A DNA stretch of 64,000 nucleotides, taken from Eledone cirrhosa (lineage: Eukaryota). The notes below the pieces were generated by a model, which saw only the letters and a list, made by a program, of their open reading frames with translations, ran no database searches and was not told the DNA's origin. Location of the stretch: contig OZ024741.1 in the NCBI GenBank assembly GCA_964016885.1, positions 110,360,001-110,424,000 on the forward strand, written 5' to 3'. The stretch's first letter is position 1. The number at the start of each line of letters is the position of its first letter. A program made the translations under genes and the position numbers. Shown one piece after another: positions 1 through 13,353 of the stretch.

Positions 1-1538
1 CTTCCTTGCACAATTTTCTGCAGACATCAGAATGTAATTTGGTGAGTCCAAATGTGCATATTTGACAGTAAAACGTGGAAGAGTTGTGCCCTCCTCTGGA
101 AATCTAGAGATGAACGGCTTGACAATACAACCTCTACAGTCAGGTGACAACTACAGATAACTTGGACAGGGTGAGAATGTCAGATATGATGGACCCATAA
201 ATAAAGAGAGAACCAAACCTGAATACCACAGGAGAGTAAAGAAAATATGGTCATCAGAACTATCAGCGTACAACAAATACATTGCCCACAATACTTATGC
301 TGTGCCAATCCTAACGCCAACATTTGGCCTGCTGAACTGGTCATTGCAAGCACTAAGTGAGATGGATGTAAGAACTCGCAAGCTTCTCAGTGTTACTGGA
401 AACTTTAACATCAATGGTGATGTGGATAGGCTATACTTCTCACACAAGGAAGGTGGCCGGGATCTAAAATCCATATTAAGATCATACGAGACCCGAATAG
501 TAACACTAAAGCAATATCTTCAGCAGAAGAAAAAGGTCAACAGCCATCTTGCCCAGGTCTATGGGCATGAAGAAAATATCATTAGGATAGCTACTGATCT
601 GGAGGAGAGATATGGAATAAGGCCTGATATAAATCTCTCTCCCAGAGACATTGGAAGATCCTATTCAATGTTCGAACAAGATAAAAAAAAATGGACCAAT
701 TTACAGAGAAAGTTGGACATGGGTACCTGAGACGAAAAACACAGACCATAGAGGGAATAGATCATTCAAAAGGCCTGGCATGGAGTTCCGACAAGTTTAT
801 GGCATCCCACCTTGAAGAATATCGGACAAGAAACCCCCTACCAAATATCTGCTACACAAAAGAGGAGGGCCATCAGTCGACAATAGATGTAGGCTTTGTA
901 AAACAAAGATCGAAGATGTTAGCCACATTTTTGCCAACTGCGAAAGAATGTCGTCCCGTTACTACCTCCCTATGAGACACGGTGTGATAGCTAGAACCAT
1001 CTGGAGCGCACTTAGGAAAACAAAATTAAAAACAAATGAAGAGGAATATGTTGAGATAGATGGCACTAAAGAATACTGGTGGAACCTAAAAATAAAAACT
1101 GCCACCAAATTAAAGCATAACCGGCCTGATATTGTTGTTTAGGACCATACATTGAAAACGTGCTCTGTTGTAGATATCAGCTGCCCACTCGGTGTTAGCG
1201 TTGTAAGAAAAATACAAGACAAGGAGGACATCTACGTGTCATTGATGAGGAGTTTGCAGATCCAGTATCCAAGATACACTTTCAGCTTTATACCCATTAT
1301 TATTGGAGCTACAGGTTATATACCAACCCGCTTGGACCAAAGTATAACTGAACTTGGATTTGTGGACCAAGGGTGCAGCTCCCTAATTCATAGTCTACAA
1401 ATGGCTGTGATAGCTAGCACCTTCAAAATTTGCAAAACATTCTTGCGATTCAGAGGGTGACAATTTCTTTTCTTTTACAACCTTGCCACCAGGAAGGTAG
1501 CCGGTCAAAAATGACCTCTAAATTAAGAGAAAGAGAGA
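1..1538 (+). mobile_element. R4/Dong-like non-LTR retrotransposon, family A, decayed 3' part (RT C-terminus, zinc knuckle, REL endonuclease)
   Basis: Frameshifted peptides include PILTPTFGLLNW...GDVDRLY...EGGRDL, SSRYYLPMRHGVIA, KHNRPDIVV and VVDISCP...IPIIIGATG (PD-(D/E)xK REL motif). The element ends in (TACA)n at 1539. Confidence 0.85.
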
Positions 1539-1596
1539 CATACATACATACATACATACATACATACATACATACATACATACATACATACATACA

Positions 1597-1843
1597 TCAT
1601 CATTATTGGAGCTACGGGTTATATACCAACCCGCTTGGACCAAAGAATGACTGAACTTGGATTTACGAACAAAGAGCGCAGCTCCCTAATTCATAGTCTA
1701 CAAATGGCTGCGATAGCTGGCACCTTCAAAATTTGCAAAACATTCTTGCGATTCAAGGGATGACAATTTCTTTTCTTTTACAACCTTGCCACCAGGAAGG
1801 TGGTCGGTCAAAAAAATATACTCGAAATTAAGAGAAAGAGATA
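1597..1843 (+). mobile_element. 5'-truncated 3' end of R4/Dong family A
   Basis: Diverged copy of 1295-1538 (cattattggagctac...agagaaagaga) with (TACA)n on both sides. Confidence 0.85.
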
Positions 1844-1930
1844 ACATACATACACACATACATACATACATACATACATACATACATACATACATACATA
1901 CATACATACATACATACATACATACATACA

Positions 1931-4464
1931 TTGTTGTGGAAAACACTATTGATAATAATAATCAAAAGTATAAACAATTGAAATTTTCCCTCAACGAAAT
2001 CTTCCAGAGAGAAATTAATTCATGTATAACCATTTCTCATGCTAAACGTAATAAAACAATAATACTAAATAAAATAAAACCAAATAATGAAATCTTACGT
2101 GCTATTGACGAAATAAGGGATGAATATTTACGACGAATTAAAACTCCAACATTTTGGCAAATGTTTATATGCTCTAGCAACGACAGTGAAGCATTATCTT
2201 GGTGATAGCAGAGATATTACTATAGTTGTTTGGGGGGGTGCTGAACAACTCCTAATCAACAAAACTGCGATGTCGGAGGTGCGACAACTTAGGAGGAATA
2301 TGGTTACAGTATGATAGAGGCCCTCTGACTTGCTAAAGTCCAAGACATTATTATCAGAGCCATAATTTTTTAGTTCAAATCCCGCCGAGGTTAACTTTGC
2401 CTTTCATCCTTACGGGGTCGATAAAATAAAGTACCGGTAATACACTTGGTAATTGCTGGCCTTGTGCCAAAAGTAGAAACAATTATTATCAGAGCCATAG
2501 AGAAGCTGTCTTCTTCTACTATCCTAAAGTTAAAAACAGGAGGACTCTGTTTTCAGTGATAAATTAGAATATCACAGGGGTATATTTCAAAGAGACAGTC
2601 TCGCTGTGCTACTTTTTATCCTGTCATTAAACTGATTGTTCTTTCTGCCCAAGAAATGTGAAGGACACATAATTGGCTCACATGAGGACAGGAATACACA
2701 CCTAACCCATAATTTCTTTGTGAATGATCTGAAACTATATGCCAAGAACATAAATGGGATGAAGAAAAATCTTGACCTGGTTACAACATTCTCAAAGGAT
2801 ATAGGAATGGAGTTTGGCCAAGATAAATGTCCATATGTTATTGTAAAGCGGGGAAAAACTACAATCCAATCTAACAACATTTTTATCAATGGTCTAACTG
2901 TTTCACCGATAGCTAACGAGGACTGCTACAGATAGCTGGGGATAGATGAGAATATATCCTATAATGGTATTTGTAATAAGGAACACGTAACCAGGCAATA
3001 TTACAACCGATTAAGAAAAATATGGTCATCGGAACTTTCTACGCACAATAAAACAGTGGCTCGCAATGTGTTTGCTGTGCCTGTCCTAACACCAACGTTT
3101 GGAATACTCGAGTGGACGATAGAAAAAATCTGAGCAATTGACGTTAAAACTCAAATAATCCGGAAACTTCCACATCAACAGTGACATAGACCTCCTCTAC
3201 TTGAAACGTACGCAGGGATGCAGAGGCCTAACATCAGTCCAGACAGCATTTGAATGTCGCATCATATCCCTCCAACAACATTTACGAACCTCCAAACGTA
3301 GGAGCCCATCTACTGAGCAAGTCTGTCTACATAAGACAGATAAGATCATGAGAGTTGGGAAGGAACTCCTTGAAAGATACTCCCTGCATGATAATCAAAA
3401 GCTCACACCCAGGGAAATTGCCAAGCAATACCGCAGCAAATCCATGGATAAAAAATTGCGTTCTTATCAGCAAAAAGTCATGCATGGATATGTTGCCAAG
3501 AGACTCCAGAGTGAGAATAATATAGATAAGCAAAGTAGTTTATCTTGGACCAACAACCGCTATACTGGCTCTCATTTTGAAGGATACGCTTTTGGAATCC
3601 AAGAACAGGAAATCAACACGAAATACCTGATTCACAAAAGAGATAGGGATGCAGGCAAAACACCTAGATGTGACAACAAATGCAGACTCTGCAGAATTAA
3701 CATCGATGATGTCACCCATGTCATAAGCAGCTGTCCAAAGATGTCATCACGGTACTATCTACCTATGAGGCATGATGTAGTCGCCAAATCACCATACAAT
3801 GCAATCCGTAGAAAAGATAGCCTCGATAATAAACACATTAAAAGTTACAGCAATGTGGAAGACATTTACATACATAATATGAAAGAGTACTGGTGGAATG
3901 TCCCCATCAAAACTCCAATAAAATGGGAACATAACAGACCAGATATAATGATATGGGACAGGGAAAAGGAGGGGTGCACAGTAGTGGAAGTTAGCTGCCC
4001 AGCAGATGCCAATATAATATCAAAGATTAGCGAGACGGAGAATATCTATGCAGAACTGAGGAATCTGCAGATACTCCACCCTGATTACACCTTCAGATTT
4101 ATGCCTGTGATTATTGGGGCACTGGGATATGTTAGTAACTGCCTCAATACAAAGAACACAACTAGTTAGGAAATTACAAGTCCAATCCATTAATGGAACA
4201 GTAAAAATATGTAAAACATTTCAAAAATTTTACATCGAATAACTGCATATATACATGTACAGATACAAAGCATATGCACACATATAACTCAAAACATACA
4301 CATCTACACACAATAGCATCCATATCGACACATGCATGCATGCAGACATGCATACATATCTACCTAGTTGATGTTGTTTAAATTCCAATGAGAGTCTTGT
4401 ATCTATGTTAGAAACCGATTCTCTATATTGGTAAAAATGTATAAGATTATAAAACCAGAAGAAC
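1931..4464 (+). mobile_element. R4/Dong-like retrotransposon, family B, internally deleted pseudogene copy
   Basis: RT motifs WGGAEQLLINK and HNFFVNDLKLY (YxDD region). ORF 3201-4169 has CRLC...HVISSC and EHNRPDIMIWD...VEVSCP. The 3' end abuts (TACA)n. Assignment of 1931-2210 as the N-terminal region is weaker. Confidence 0.85.
2365..2487 (+). mobile_element. 5'-truncated tRNA-derived SINE inserted into the R4 copy
   Basis: Contains gttcaaatcccgccgagg...gcctttcatccttacggggtcgataaaataaagtacc. Flanked by the direct repeat attattatcagagccata (about 2348 and 2482). Confidence 0.85.
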
Positions 4465-4505
4465 ATACATACATACATACACACATACGTACGTATGTGT
4501 GTATG

Positions 4506-5625
4506 ATAAAATAGAATATCGCAGTGGTATATTTCAAAGAGACAGTCTCTTTCTGTGCTACTATTTATTCTGATTTAAACCCCTTTTACTTTTTGCTCAA
4601 GAAATATGAAGGATACATAATTGGTTCACATGAGGACAGGAATACACACCTAACCCATAATTTCTTTGTGGATGACCTGAAACTATATGCCAAGAACATA
4701 AAGAACATGGGATAAAGAAAAACCTTGACCTGTTTCTGACGTTCTAAAAAGATATAAGAATGGACTTTGGCCAGGGTAATTGTTCATATATGATTGTAAA
4801 GCGAGGAAAAGTTACAAGCCAATCTAGCAAACCTTTTGTCAATGGCCTAACTGTTTCACCGATATCTAACGAGGACTGCTACAGATACCTGGGGATAGAT
4901 GAGAATATATCCTATAATGGTATTTGTAATAAGTAACACGTAATCAGGGAATATTACACAGGATTAAGAAAAATATGGTCATCGGAACTCTCTGCGCTCA
5001 ATAAAACAGTGGCTCGCAATGTGTTTGCTGTGCCTGTCCTAACACCAACCTTTGGAATTCTCGTTTGGACGATAGAATAAATCCGAGCAATTGATGTTAA
5101 AACCCCCAAAATCCTCAACAACACCGGAAAATTCCACATCAACAGTGATATAGACTGCCTCTACTTAAAACGTAAGCAAAGAAGCAGAGGCTTAACATCA
5201 CCAAGCATAGGAGCCCAACTATTGAGCATATCTGTCTACATGAGACAAATGAGATCATGGGAGTTGGGAAGGAGCTCCTTGAGAAACAATCCCTGCATGA
5301 TGATTAAAATCTCACACCCAGGAAAATTGCCCAGCAATAGCGCAGTCAATTCATGGATGAAAAACTGCATGCTTATCATCCAAAAATCATGCATGAATAT
5401 GTTGCCAGGAGGCTCCAGGGTGAGAATAATATAGATGAACAAAGTAGTCTATCTTGGACCAACAACCGCTATATTGGCTCTCACTTTGAAGGATATGCTT
5501 TTGTAATCCAAGAACAAAAAATCGGTACAAAATTACTGATTCACAAAAGAGATAGGGATGCAGGCAAAACACTTAGATGTGACAACAAATGCAGACTCTG
5601 TAACATCGAAGATGTCACCCATGCT
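4506..5625 (+). mobile_element. Second decayed R4/Dong family B copy
   Basis: Colinear with 2556-3720 with deletions. Contains HNFFVDDLKLY and GSHFEGYAF...CDNKCRLC. Confidence 0.85.
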
Positions 5626-5659
5626 AGATAGTACCTTAATGACATCTTTAGACCGTTGC

Positions 5660-5917
5660 TTATCTGTTATTATTGGAGCTAAAGGTTATATATCAACCCG
5701 TTTGGACCAATACTTGGATTTATAGAGAAAGAACGTCGCATCTTATTCATAAGCTACAAATGGCTGCGATATCTGGAACCTTCAATATTTGTAAAACATT
5801 CTTACGATTCATAGGATAAATGCTTACATAAGAGACGTCAACAATTTTTTTTCTCTTTACAACCTTGCCACCCAGAAGGTGGCCGGTGAAAAATAAATTC
5901 AAAATTCAGAGAGAAAA
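5660..5917 (+). mobile_element. Third R4/Dong family A 3' fragment
   Basis: Homologous to 1295-1538 and followed by a degenerate (TACA)n tract. Confidence 0.8.
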
Positions 5918-5971
5918 CATACATAAAACCATACATACATATGTACACAAATTTTAAACAGCTTCAAAATA

Positions 5972-6110
5972 ATGGTTTCTTATATAGGCACAAGGCCAGT
6001 AATTTGGGGGGAGGGGAAAGGCGATTAAATCGACCCCATTGCGTTACTGGTACTTCATTTTATCGACCCCGTAAGGATGAAAGGCAAAGTTAACCTCGGC
6101 GGCATTTGAA
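5972..6110 (-). mobile_element. tRNA-derived SINE, partial
   Basis: Reverse complement of the SINE core (tttatcgaccccgtaaggatgaaaggcaaagttaacctcggcgg). Confidence 0.8.
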
Positions 6111-6493
6111 ATATCTTCAAAATAATGACTTCTCAAAGGTTGCATGTATATGAAGGCATATACGATATGTGTATGTATAATAAACATGCATAAGGCTCAC
6201 TAAGACTCTCGTAAGCTGTGATCATATCACTGGTATGTCAGTGAAAAATAGTGTTTCAGATATTTTATCTAAAATCAGTAAAGTTTATTCACTCGCTTTT
6301 GCGAAGGTGCTTTTCTGCTGACATTTAGCCATTCGGATAACGGAAACTTGTGTATTTAAACCGTATGGAGATTTTGCTGACTGGATCTAGCTGGAAATCC
6401 GCTCGAACATAATGTGATTAATAACAAAGGTGAATATGAAGGTTTGACTGGCTAAAATTGCAAAGAGCGATAGGATAAAGTTTAGTCCCTTAA

Positions 6494-6714
6494 CCCTTTA
6501 GCATTTACATTACTCTATATATACTAGTATATTCTCATGGTAAACACTTTACCTCACATAATTATCTCACATAATATTGAATCTATGAGATTTTGATATT
6601 ATTTATTTTGAGAACAATACCTTAACATCAGTATGAATGGCCAGTTACGACCGGTTTGAACAGAAAGAAGTGAATGAATTATATCCAGGTATAACCTGTT
6701 TAAATGCTAAAGGG
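6494..6714. mobile_element. piggyBac-like MITE
   Basis: TIRs ccctttagcattta / taaatgctaaaggg, with TTAA on the left and CTAA (decayed TTAA) on the right. Confidence 0.75.
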
Positions 6715-7515
6715 CTAAAAAAGAAGGGTTGTTCGACACCAGAGAAAGGTAGATATCCCAGAGTATAGATCAGAGAAGATGATAGGGACGGGTGTGTATG
6801 AGGTGGGAAAGTGTGAAGCTGGCGGAAAAGTAAAGCGGAGTTTAGGTAAAGATTTGATGTATTTGTTTATCTGTGGGAGGTGGGTTGTCAAAAAGTTCTG
6901 CTGATCGCTGATGAGTTGACGTATTCGTCGAAGGTTTGGGATTGTTGTTAACGTGGGCGTGGAAGCGATGGAGAGAAGAGACGAGGAGAGCATGTGTGTG
7001 TGTATGTATGTGTGTTTATGCTGTGTGTGCGTGTGGATATGTCTGTGTGTGTGTATGTGTTCGTGTGAGTATGTGGGGGGGGGGGGGGAATGATGTATGC
7101 GTATGTGCTAATCTATGTATATGTATTAATAAATGTATGTGTGTATGTGTGTGCTAATCTATATATGTGTGTATGTGCTAATCTATGTATGTGCGTATGA
7201 GCTGATGTATGTATGTGTGTGTGTGCTGATGTATGTTTATGAGCTGTTGTACGTGTGTATGTGTGCTAATGTATGTGTGTATGAGCTGTTGTATGTGTAT
7301 GTGTGTTGATGTATGTGTGTCTGAGCTGATGTATATGTGTGTGTGTTGATGTATGTGTATGAGCTGTTGTATATATCTCTGAGCTGATGTGTGTGTGTTG
7401 ATCTGTGTAATCTTAGCTAGATCTACTCCATGTAGAACATCTGAATGACTCAGCCAAGTCTCAGTTTACACTCATCTATCACAGCAGTTACACAGAATTA
7501 GGATTCAACGAGATG

Positions 7516-7731
7516 ACTACCACTACTACTACCACTACTACTACTACCACTACTACTACCACTACTACCACTACTACTACTGATGATGGTGCTGTTGCTG
7601 CTGCTACCATTACTACTATTACCCCACTAATACTAATACTAATACTACTACTGTTGTTGCTGCTGAAACTGCTACTATTACCACTACCACCACCACCACC
7701 ACCACCACCACCACCACCACCACTACTACTA

Positions 7732-7787
<56 letters not shown>

Positions 7788-9117
7788 TTAGTATTACCAC
7801 TACTACTACTGCAACTACCAACACCACTACTACTACTACAACAATTACTACGACTACTACTAATACTACCACAACTACTACTACAGCTGCTGCTACTACT
7901 ACTACTACTAATACTATTACTACTATTACTACTACTGCTACTGCTACTACTACTACTACCACCACTACTACTATTACTAAAACTACTACTACTACATATA
8001 CCATTACCACCACTACTACCACCACCATTACCACCACTACTATCACAACTACCTCCACGAATACTACCACTACTACTACTTCTACCTCCATCCCTACCAC
8101 CACTACTACCGCCACTACCACCACTCCTAGCACGACTATTACCATTACTACCACCACTACTAGCACCTCTACTATCGCCACTACTACAACCACTACTAAC
8201 ACCACTCCAACCGCTAATACTACCACCACTACTACCACCATTACTACCACAACTATTACTACCACCACTACTAACACCACTACTACCACCACTACTACTA
8301 CCACCATTACTACCACCACTACTACAACCACCACCCCTACAACCACTACTACTACTACCACCACTACCACCACTACTACCACCACTACTACCACCACTAC
8401 TACCACCACCACTACTACCACCACTGCTACTACCACCACAACTACCACCACGACTACTACTACCACTACTACTACCACCACTACTACTACCACTACTAAT
8501 ACCACTATTACCAACACCTCTACTACTACCACCAATACAACCGTTACTACTACCACCACTACTACCACCACTACTACCACCACTACTACCACCACTACAA
8601 CCACCACTACAACCACCACTACTACGACCACCACTACTACCACCACTACTACTACCACCACTACTACCACCACTACTACCACCACTACTACCACCACTAC
8701 TACCACCACCACTACAACCACTACCACCACTACCACCACTATTACTACCACCACCACTACTACCACCACTACTACCACCACCACTACTACCACCACTACT
8801 ACTACCACCACTACTACTACCACCACTACTACCACCACTACTACCACCACTACTACCAAATGATATTTGAACTCTATTAATAATGCATGTAATTTTGAGA
8901 TGACTGGCTGGTTTAAATGTTGTTCTTACTGTTATGTTGTTACTGTTGTTGTTAGACTATTGTAGTTTCTACTGTTGTTACTATTGTTGTTGTTACGGTT
9001 GTTGTTAGACTATTGTAGTTGTTTCTACTGTTGTTACTATTGTTGTTGTTACGGTTGTTGTTACTTTTTGATGTTACTTTTGTTGTTGGTATTGTACTTT
9101 TTTTGTTATATCTATCG

Positions 9118-9155
<38 letters not shown>

Positions 9156-9833
9156 ATTGTTGTTGGCACTGCTATAGCTAATGTTGTTGTTGTTACTGTT
9201 GTTGGTATTTTGTTGTTGTTGTTGGCAGTGTTATAGCTACTGTTATTGTTACTGTTGGCGTTACTTTTGTTATTGTTGTTGGTACTGTTGTTGTTGTTAC
9301 TTTTGTTGTTGTTGTGACTGTTATTGTTGCTGGTGTTATTGTTGTTACTACTGTTGTTGTGACTGTTTTTGTTGTTTATAGTTACTGTTATTGTTACTGT
9401 TGTTGTTGCTGGTCTTACTTTTATTGATGTAGCTGCTGTTGTTGATGTTTTTGTTCTTACTGCTGTATAGAGTTACGGCCCTTTACGTCTTGAGTCAATA
9501 AAATAAAGTACCAGTAATGCACTGAGGTGGATATAATCGACTTTCTCCTCTTCAAATTGCTGGCCTTGTGCCAATACTAAAAACAGTTATTACAGCTGTT
9601 ACAATTGTCATTGTTGTTGGGTTTGTAGTTAGTGTTGTGATTGTTGTTAATATACTTATTGTTACTGCTGTTGTTGTTGTTGTTGTTACTGTTGTTGTTG
9701 TGTTTGTACTTACTGCTGTTGTTGCTGTTATTGTTGTTGTAGTTACTGTTATATTACTGTTGTTTTTGTTTTTATTGTTGTGTGTTTGTACTTACTACTG
9801 TTGTTGTTGTTGTTGGCATTGTTGTTATATTGC

Positions 9834-9864
<31 letters not shown>

Positions 9865-11480
9865 GGTGGTGGCGATGTGTTTGTTCTTACAGTTTTTATT
9901 GTTATTGCTGTTCTTCGCTTGGTGGTTCTTACCTGGTGATTTCGTTTCGTTTGACTGACAACGTTGTCTTGGACACTAAAAAAATAGGCAGGTGTCTCTA
10001 ACTTGCCAGACCAGTGCTGGTGGGGTGGTGGTGGTAGTGATGGTGGTGGTAGTGGTGGTGGTGGTGGTGGTGATGGTGGTGGTGTTGGTGGTGGTAGTGG
10101 TGGTGGTGGTGGTAGTGGTGGTGGTGGTGGTGGTGGTGGTGGTGGTGGTGGTGGTGGTGGTGGTGGTGGTGGTGGTGGTGGTGGTGGTGGTGATGGTGTT
10201 GGTAGTGGTGGTGGTGGTGGTGGTGGTAGTGGTGGTGGTGGTGATGGTGGTGGTGGTGGTGGTGGTGGTGATGGTGTTGGTAGTGGTGGTGGTGTTGGTG
10301 GTGGTAGTGGTGGTGGTGGTGGTGGTGGGGTGGTGGTGGTGGTGATGGTGGTGGTGGTGGTGGTGGTGGTGATGGTGTTGGTAGTGGTGGTGGTGGTGGT
10401 GGTGTTGGTGGTGGTGGTGGTGGTGGTGGTGGTGTTGGTGGTGGTGATGGTGGTGGTGGTGGTGGTGGTGGTGGTGGGTGTTGTTGGCGATGGTAGTTGT
10501 GGTGAGAGGGATGTTGCTGTTGTTGTTGGTGGTGATGATGCTGCTGCTGCTGCTGCTGCTACTGTTATGGGTGGTGGTGGTGGTGGTGGTGGTGGTGGTG
10601 GCAGTGGTGGTAGTGGTGACGGTGGTGATGGTGGTGGTGGTGGTGGTGGTGGTGGTGGTGGTGGTGGTGGTGGTGGTGGTGGTGGTGGTGATGGTGGTGA
10701 TGGTGGTGGTGGTGGTGGTGGTGATGGTGTTGGTAGTGGTGGTGGTGTTGGTGGTGGTGGTGGTGGTGGTGTTGGTGGTGGTGGTGGTGGTGGTGGTGGT
10801 GGTGGTGGTGGTGGTGGTGGTGGTGGTGGTGGTGGTGGTGGTGGTGATGGTGTTGGTAGTGGTGGTGGTGTTGGTGGTGGTAGTGGTGGTGGTGGTGGTG
10901 GTGGTGGTGGTGGTGGTGGTGGTGGTGGTGGTGGTGGTGGTGGTGGTGGTGGTGGTGGTGGTGGTGGTGGTGGTGGTGGTGGTGATGGTGTTGGTAGTGG
11001 TGGTGGTGGTGGTGATGGTGGTGGTGGTGGTGGTGGTGGTGGTGGTGGTGGTGGTGGTGGTGGTGGTGATGGTGGTGGTGGTGGTGGTGATGGTGGTGGT
11101 GGTGGTGGTGATGGTGTTGGTAGTGGTGGTGGTGGTGGTGGTGTTGGTGGTGGTGGTGGTGGTGGTGGTGGTGATGGTGGTGGTGGTGGTGGTGGTGATG
11201 GTGTTGGTAGTGGTGGTGGTGGTGGTGGTGTTGGTGGTGGTGGTGGTGGTGGTGTTGGTGGTGGTGATGGTGGTGGTGGTGGTGGTGGTGGTGGTGGGTG
11301 ATGTTGGCGATGGTAGTTGTGGTGAGAGGGATGTTGCTGTTGTTGTTGGTGGTGATGATGCTGCTGCTCCTGCTGCTGCTGCTGCTGCTACTGTTATGGG
11401 TGGTGGTGGTGGTGGTGGTGGTGGTGGTGGCAGTGGTGGTAGTGGTGGCGGTGGCAGTGGCAGTGGTGGTAGTGGTTGTG
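7516..11480. repeat. Compound trinucleotide microsatellite field: (ACT/ACC)n, (GTT)n, (GGT)n
   Basis: Seen directly. Source of the poly-V/T/G/H ORFs. A SINE fragment sits at about 9470-9590. Confidence 0.95.
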
Positions 11481-12307
11481 TCTTTCTGGTAGTCATGGAG
11501 TTAAAGTGTTCTGTATAGTGGTGTCTAGAGAAGTAATGGCTGAACTCGTGGCACTGAAGACCTCTGAGGATCGGGGATATAGTTCTATATCGTTCGTTAT
11601 GTCTTGCAGCAACGGGGAAAAAAAGAAATTGAATCGGTTTCAAGTAAAAATCGAAACTTAGTCGTATGTTTGGCAACCCGAGACCTTAACACTGGATTAC
11701 CACCAGTTCCTCGATATTCGTTATTTATTTCCTTATCTCTTAAAACATTGCTGTATTATACATAGAACGAGCGGACGACACAGAGTCATTTTAACAACAA
11801 TCCGGTTATTAAAAGCTGATTTATATCAATGACTAACTAAAGGATTGTAGGTTTGATCCTCGCTTGAAAAGATCGTCTATTGCGCTGTTTTACTCAAATC
11901 AAAGCACTATTCGCTAGAAATGCAATGGCGAAAAGGAAAAGTTAAATAAAATGATGAACTAAAATGATTTAACCTGCCATTAGTATGGTTACAGCAACGC
12001 TTCAGTGATTAATAATGAGTGTTTAGTTTATACTTATGCAGATTGTGTGTCGCCACTAAATTTATCTAAACTTTCGAAACTTTTAATGCTTTCTGTTGTT
12101 GTACTGAGATCTAAGCGGCTGTGGCGGCAGCAATGATGATTTGTCGTCACAGAGTTAGCTTCAAAGAAATTAAACTGTAGTTTCGTATTCAATGGCGGAC
12201 GACGTTCATTCAATTGATACTAATTACGTCACCTTCGTCTTCCTAACACTTTCATTATTCATAAACACACATACACACAAACGCATACACACACGCTCAC
12301 ACACACA

Positions 12308-12444
<137 letters not shown>

Positions 12445-12569
12445 ACACACACACACACTCATATGCACGCAGCTACTTCTCTCCTCCTCGTTTTATCTCA
12501 CTCTTTCTTTTTCTTCTTTTTCTCACACACATACACATGTTCTCACAAACAATTGCTCACATACATATA

Positions 12570-13005
12570 CATTTATACGTAAATTCTTTGTTTATACATA
12601 AATTCTACGTTTATACGTAAATTCTATAGCTATACGTAAATTCTACGTTTATACATAAATTCTACGTTTATACGTGAATTCTATATTTTATGCAAATTCA
12701 ATATTTATACGTACATTCTGTTTTACATAAATTCAATGTTTATACGTAGTTCTATGTTTATACGTAGGTTCTATGTTAAAACGTAAATTCTTTACTTTAC
12801 TTCAATTCTATGATTTATGTAAATTCTATGATTTATGTAAATTCTATGATTTATGTAAATTCTATGATTTACAAAACTCTATGTTTATGCGTATATTCTA
12901 TCTCTATATATAAATTCTTTGTTTTTACGTGAATTCTGTTTTACACAAATTCTATATTTATACTTAAACTCTATGTTTATAAATAAATGCTATATTTTAC
13001 GTAAA
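12570..13005. repeat. Degenerate ~19-bp minisatellite (tttatacgtaaattctatg)
   Basis: Roughly 20 imperfect tandem units. Confidence 0.85.
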
Positions 13006-13353
13006 TTCAGTACACAGTGCGTTCTTTATGATATCGTGTAAATGTTCGAGTAAAGTTACTGTTTTTGTTGGGATTGGCAGTGATGTCTGGGTGTAACCAG
13101 AGTGGGAGATAAAGCGGGAGGAGGGAGGGAGGGCGGTATTGTAACACATGGGACAAATCAAATAACCTCTTTCAATCTCTCCCTCTCTCTCACCCTCTCT
13201 TACCCTCTCCCTTGCTCTATCCATCTTTCGCCCCCTTCTATTCCTCTCCTTCACTCTTTCTGTTTCTCTCCTTCTCTCTCTCCCTCTCTATCCCTCTCAC
13301 CCTGTTTCTCACCCCCCCCCCTCTTTCTCTCCTCTCCTTTCTCCTCTCTCTCT

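Noticed and set aside
6908-6935. CTGATGA followed by a small hairpin and GAA
   Set aside because: It lacks GAAA, stem III and stem I, so it is probably a chance match.
7513-11676. Long ORFs (376-566 aa, poly-V/T/G/H) resembling mucin or glycine-rich proteins
   Set aside because: They are stop-free trinucleotide repeats open in several frames on both strands, with no splice or domain evidence.
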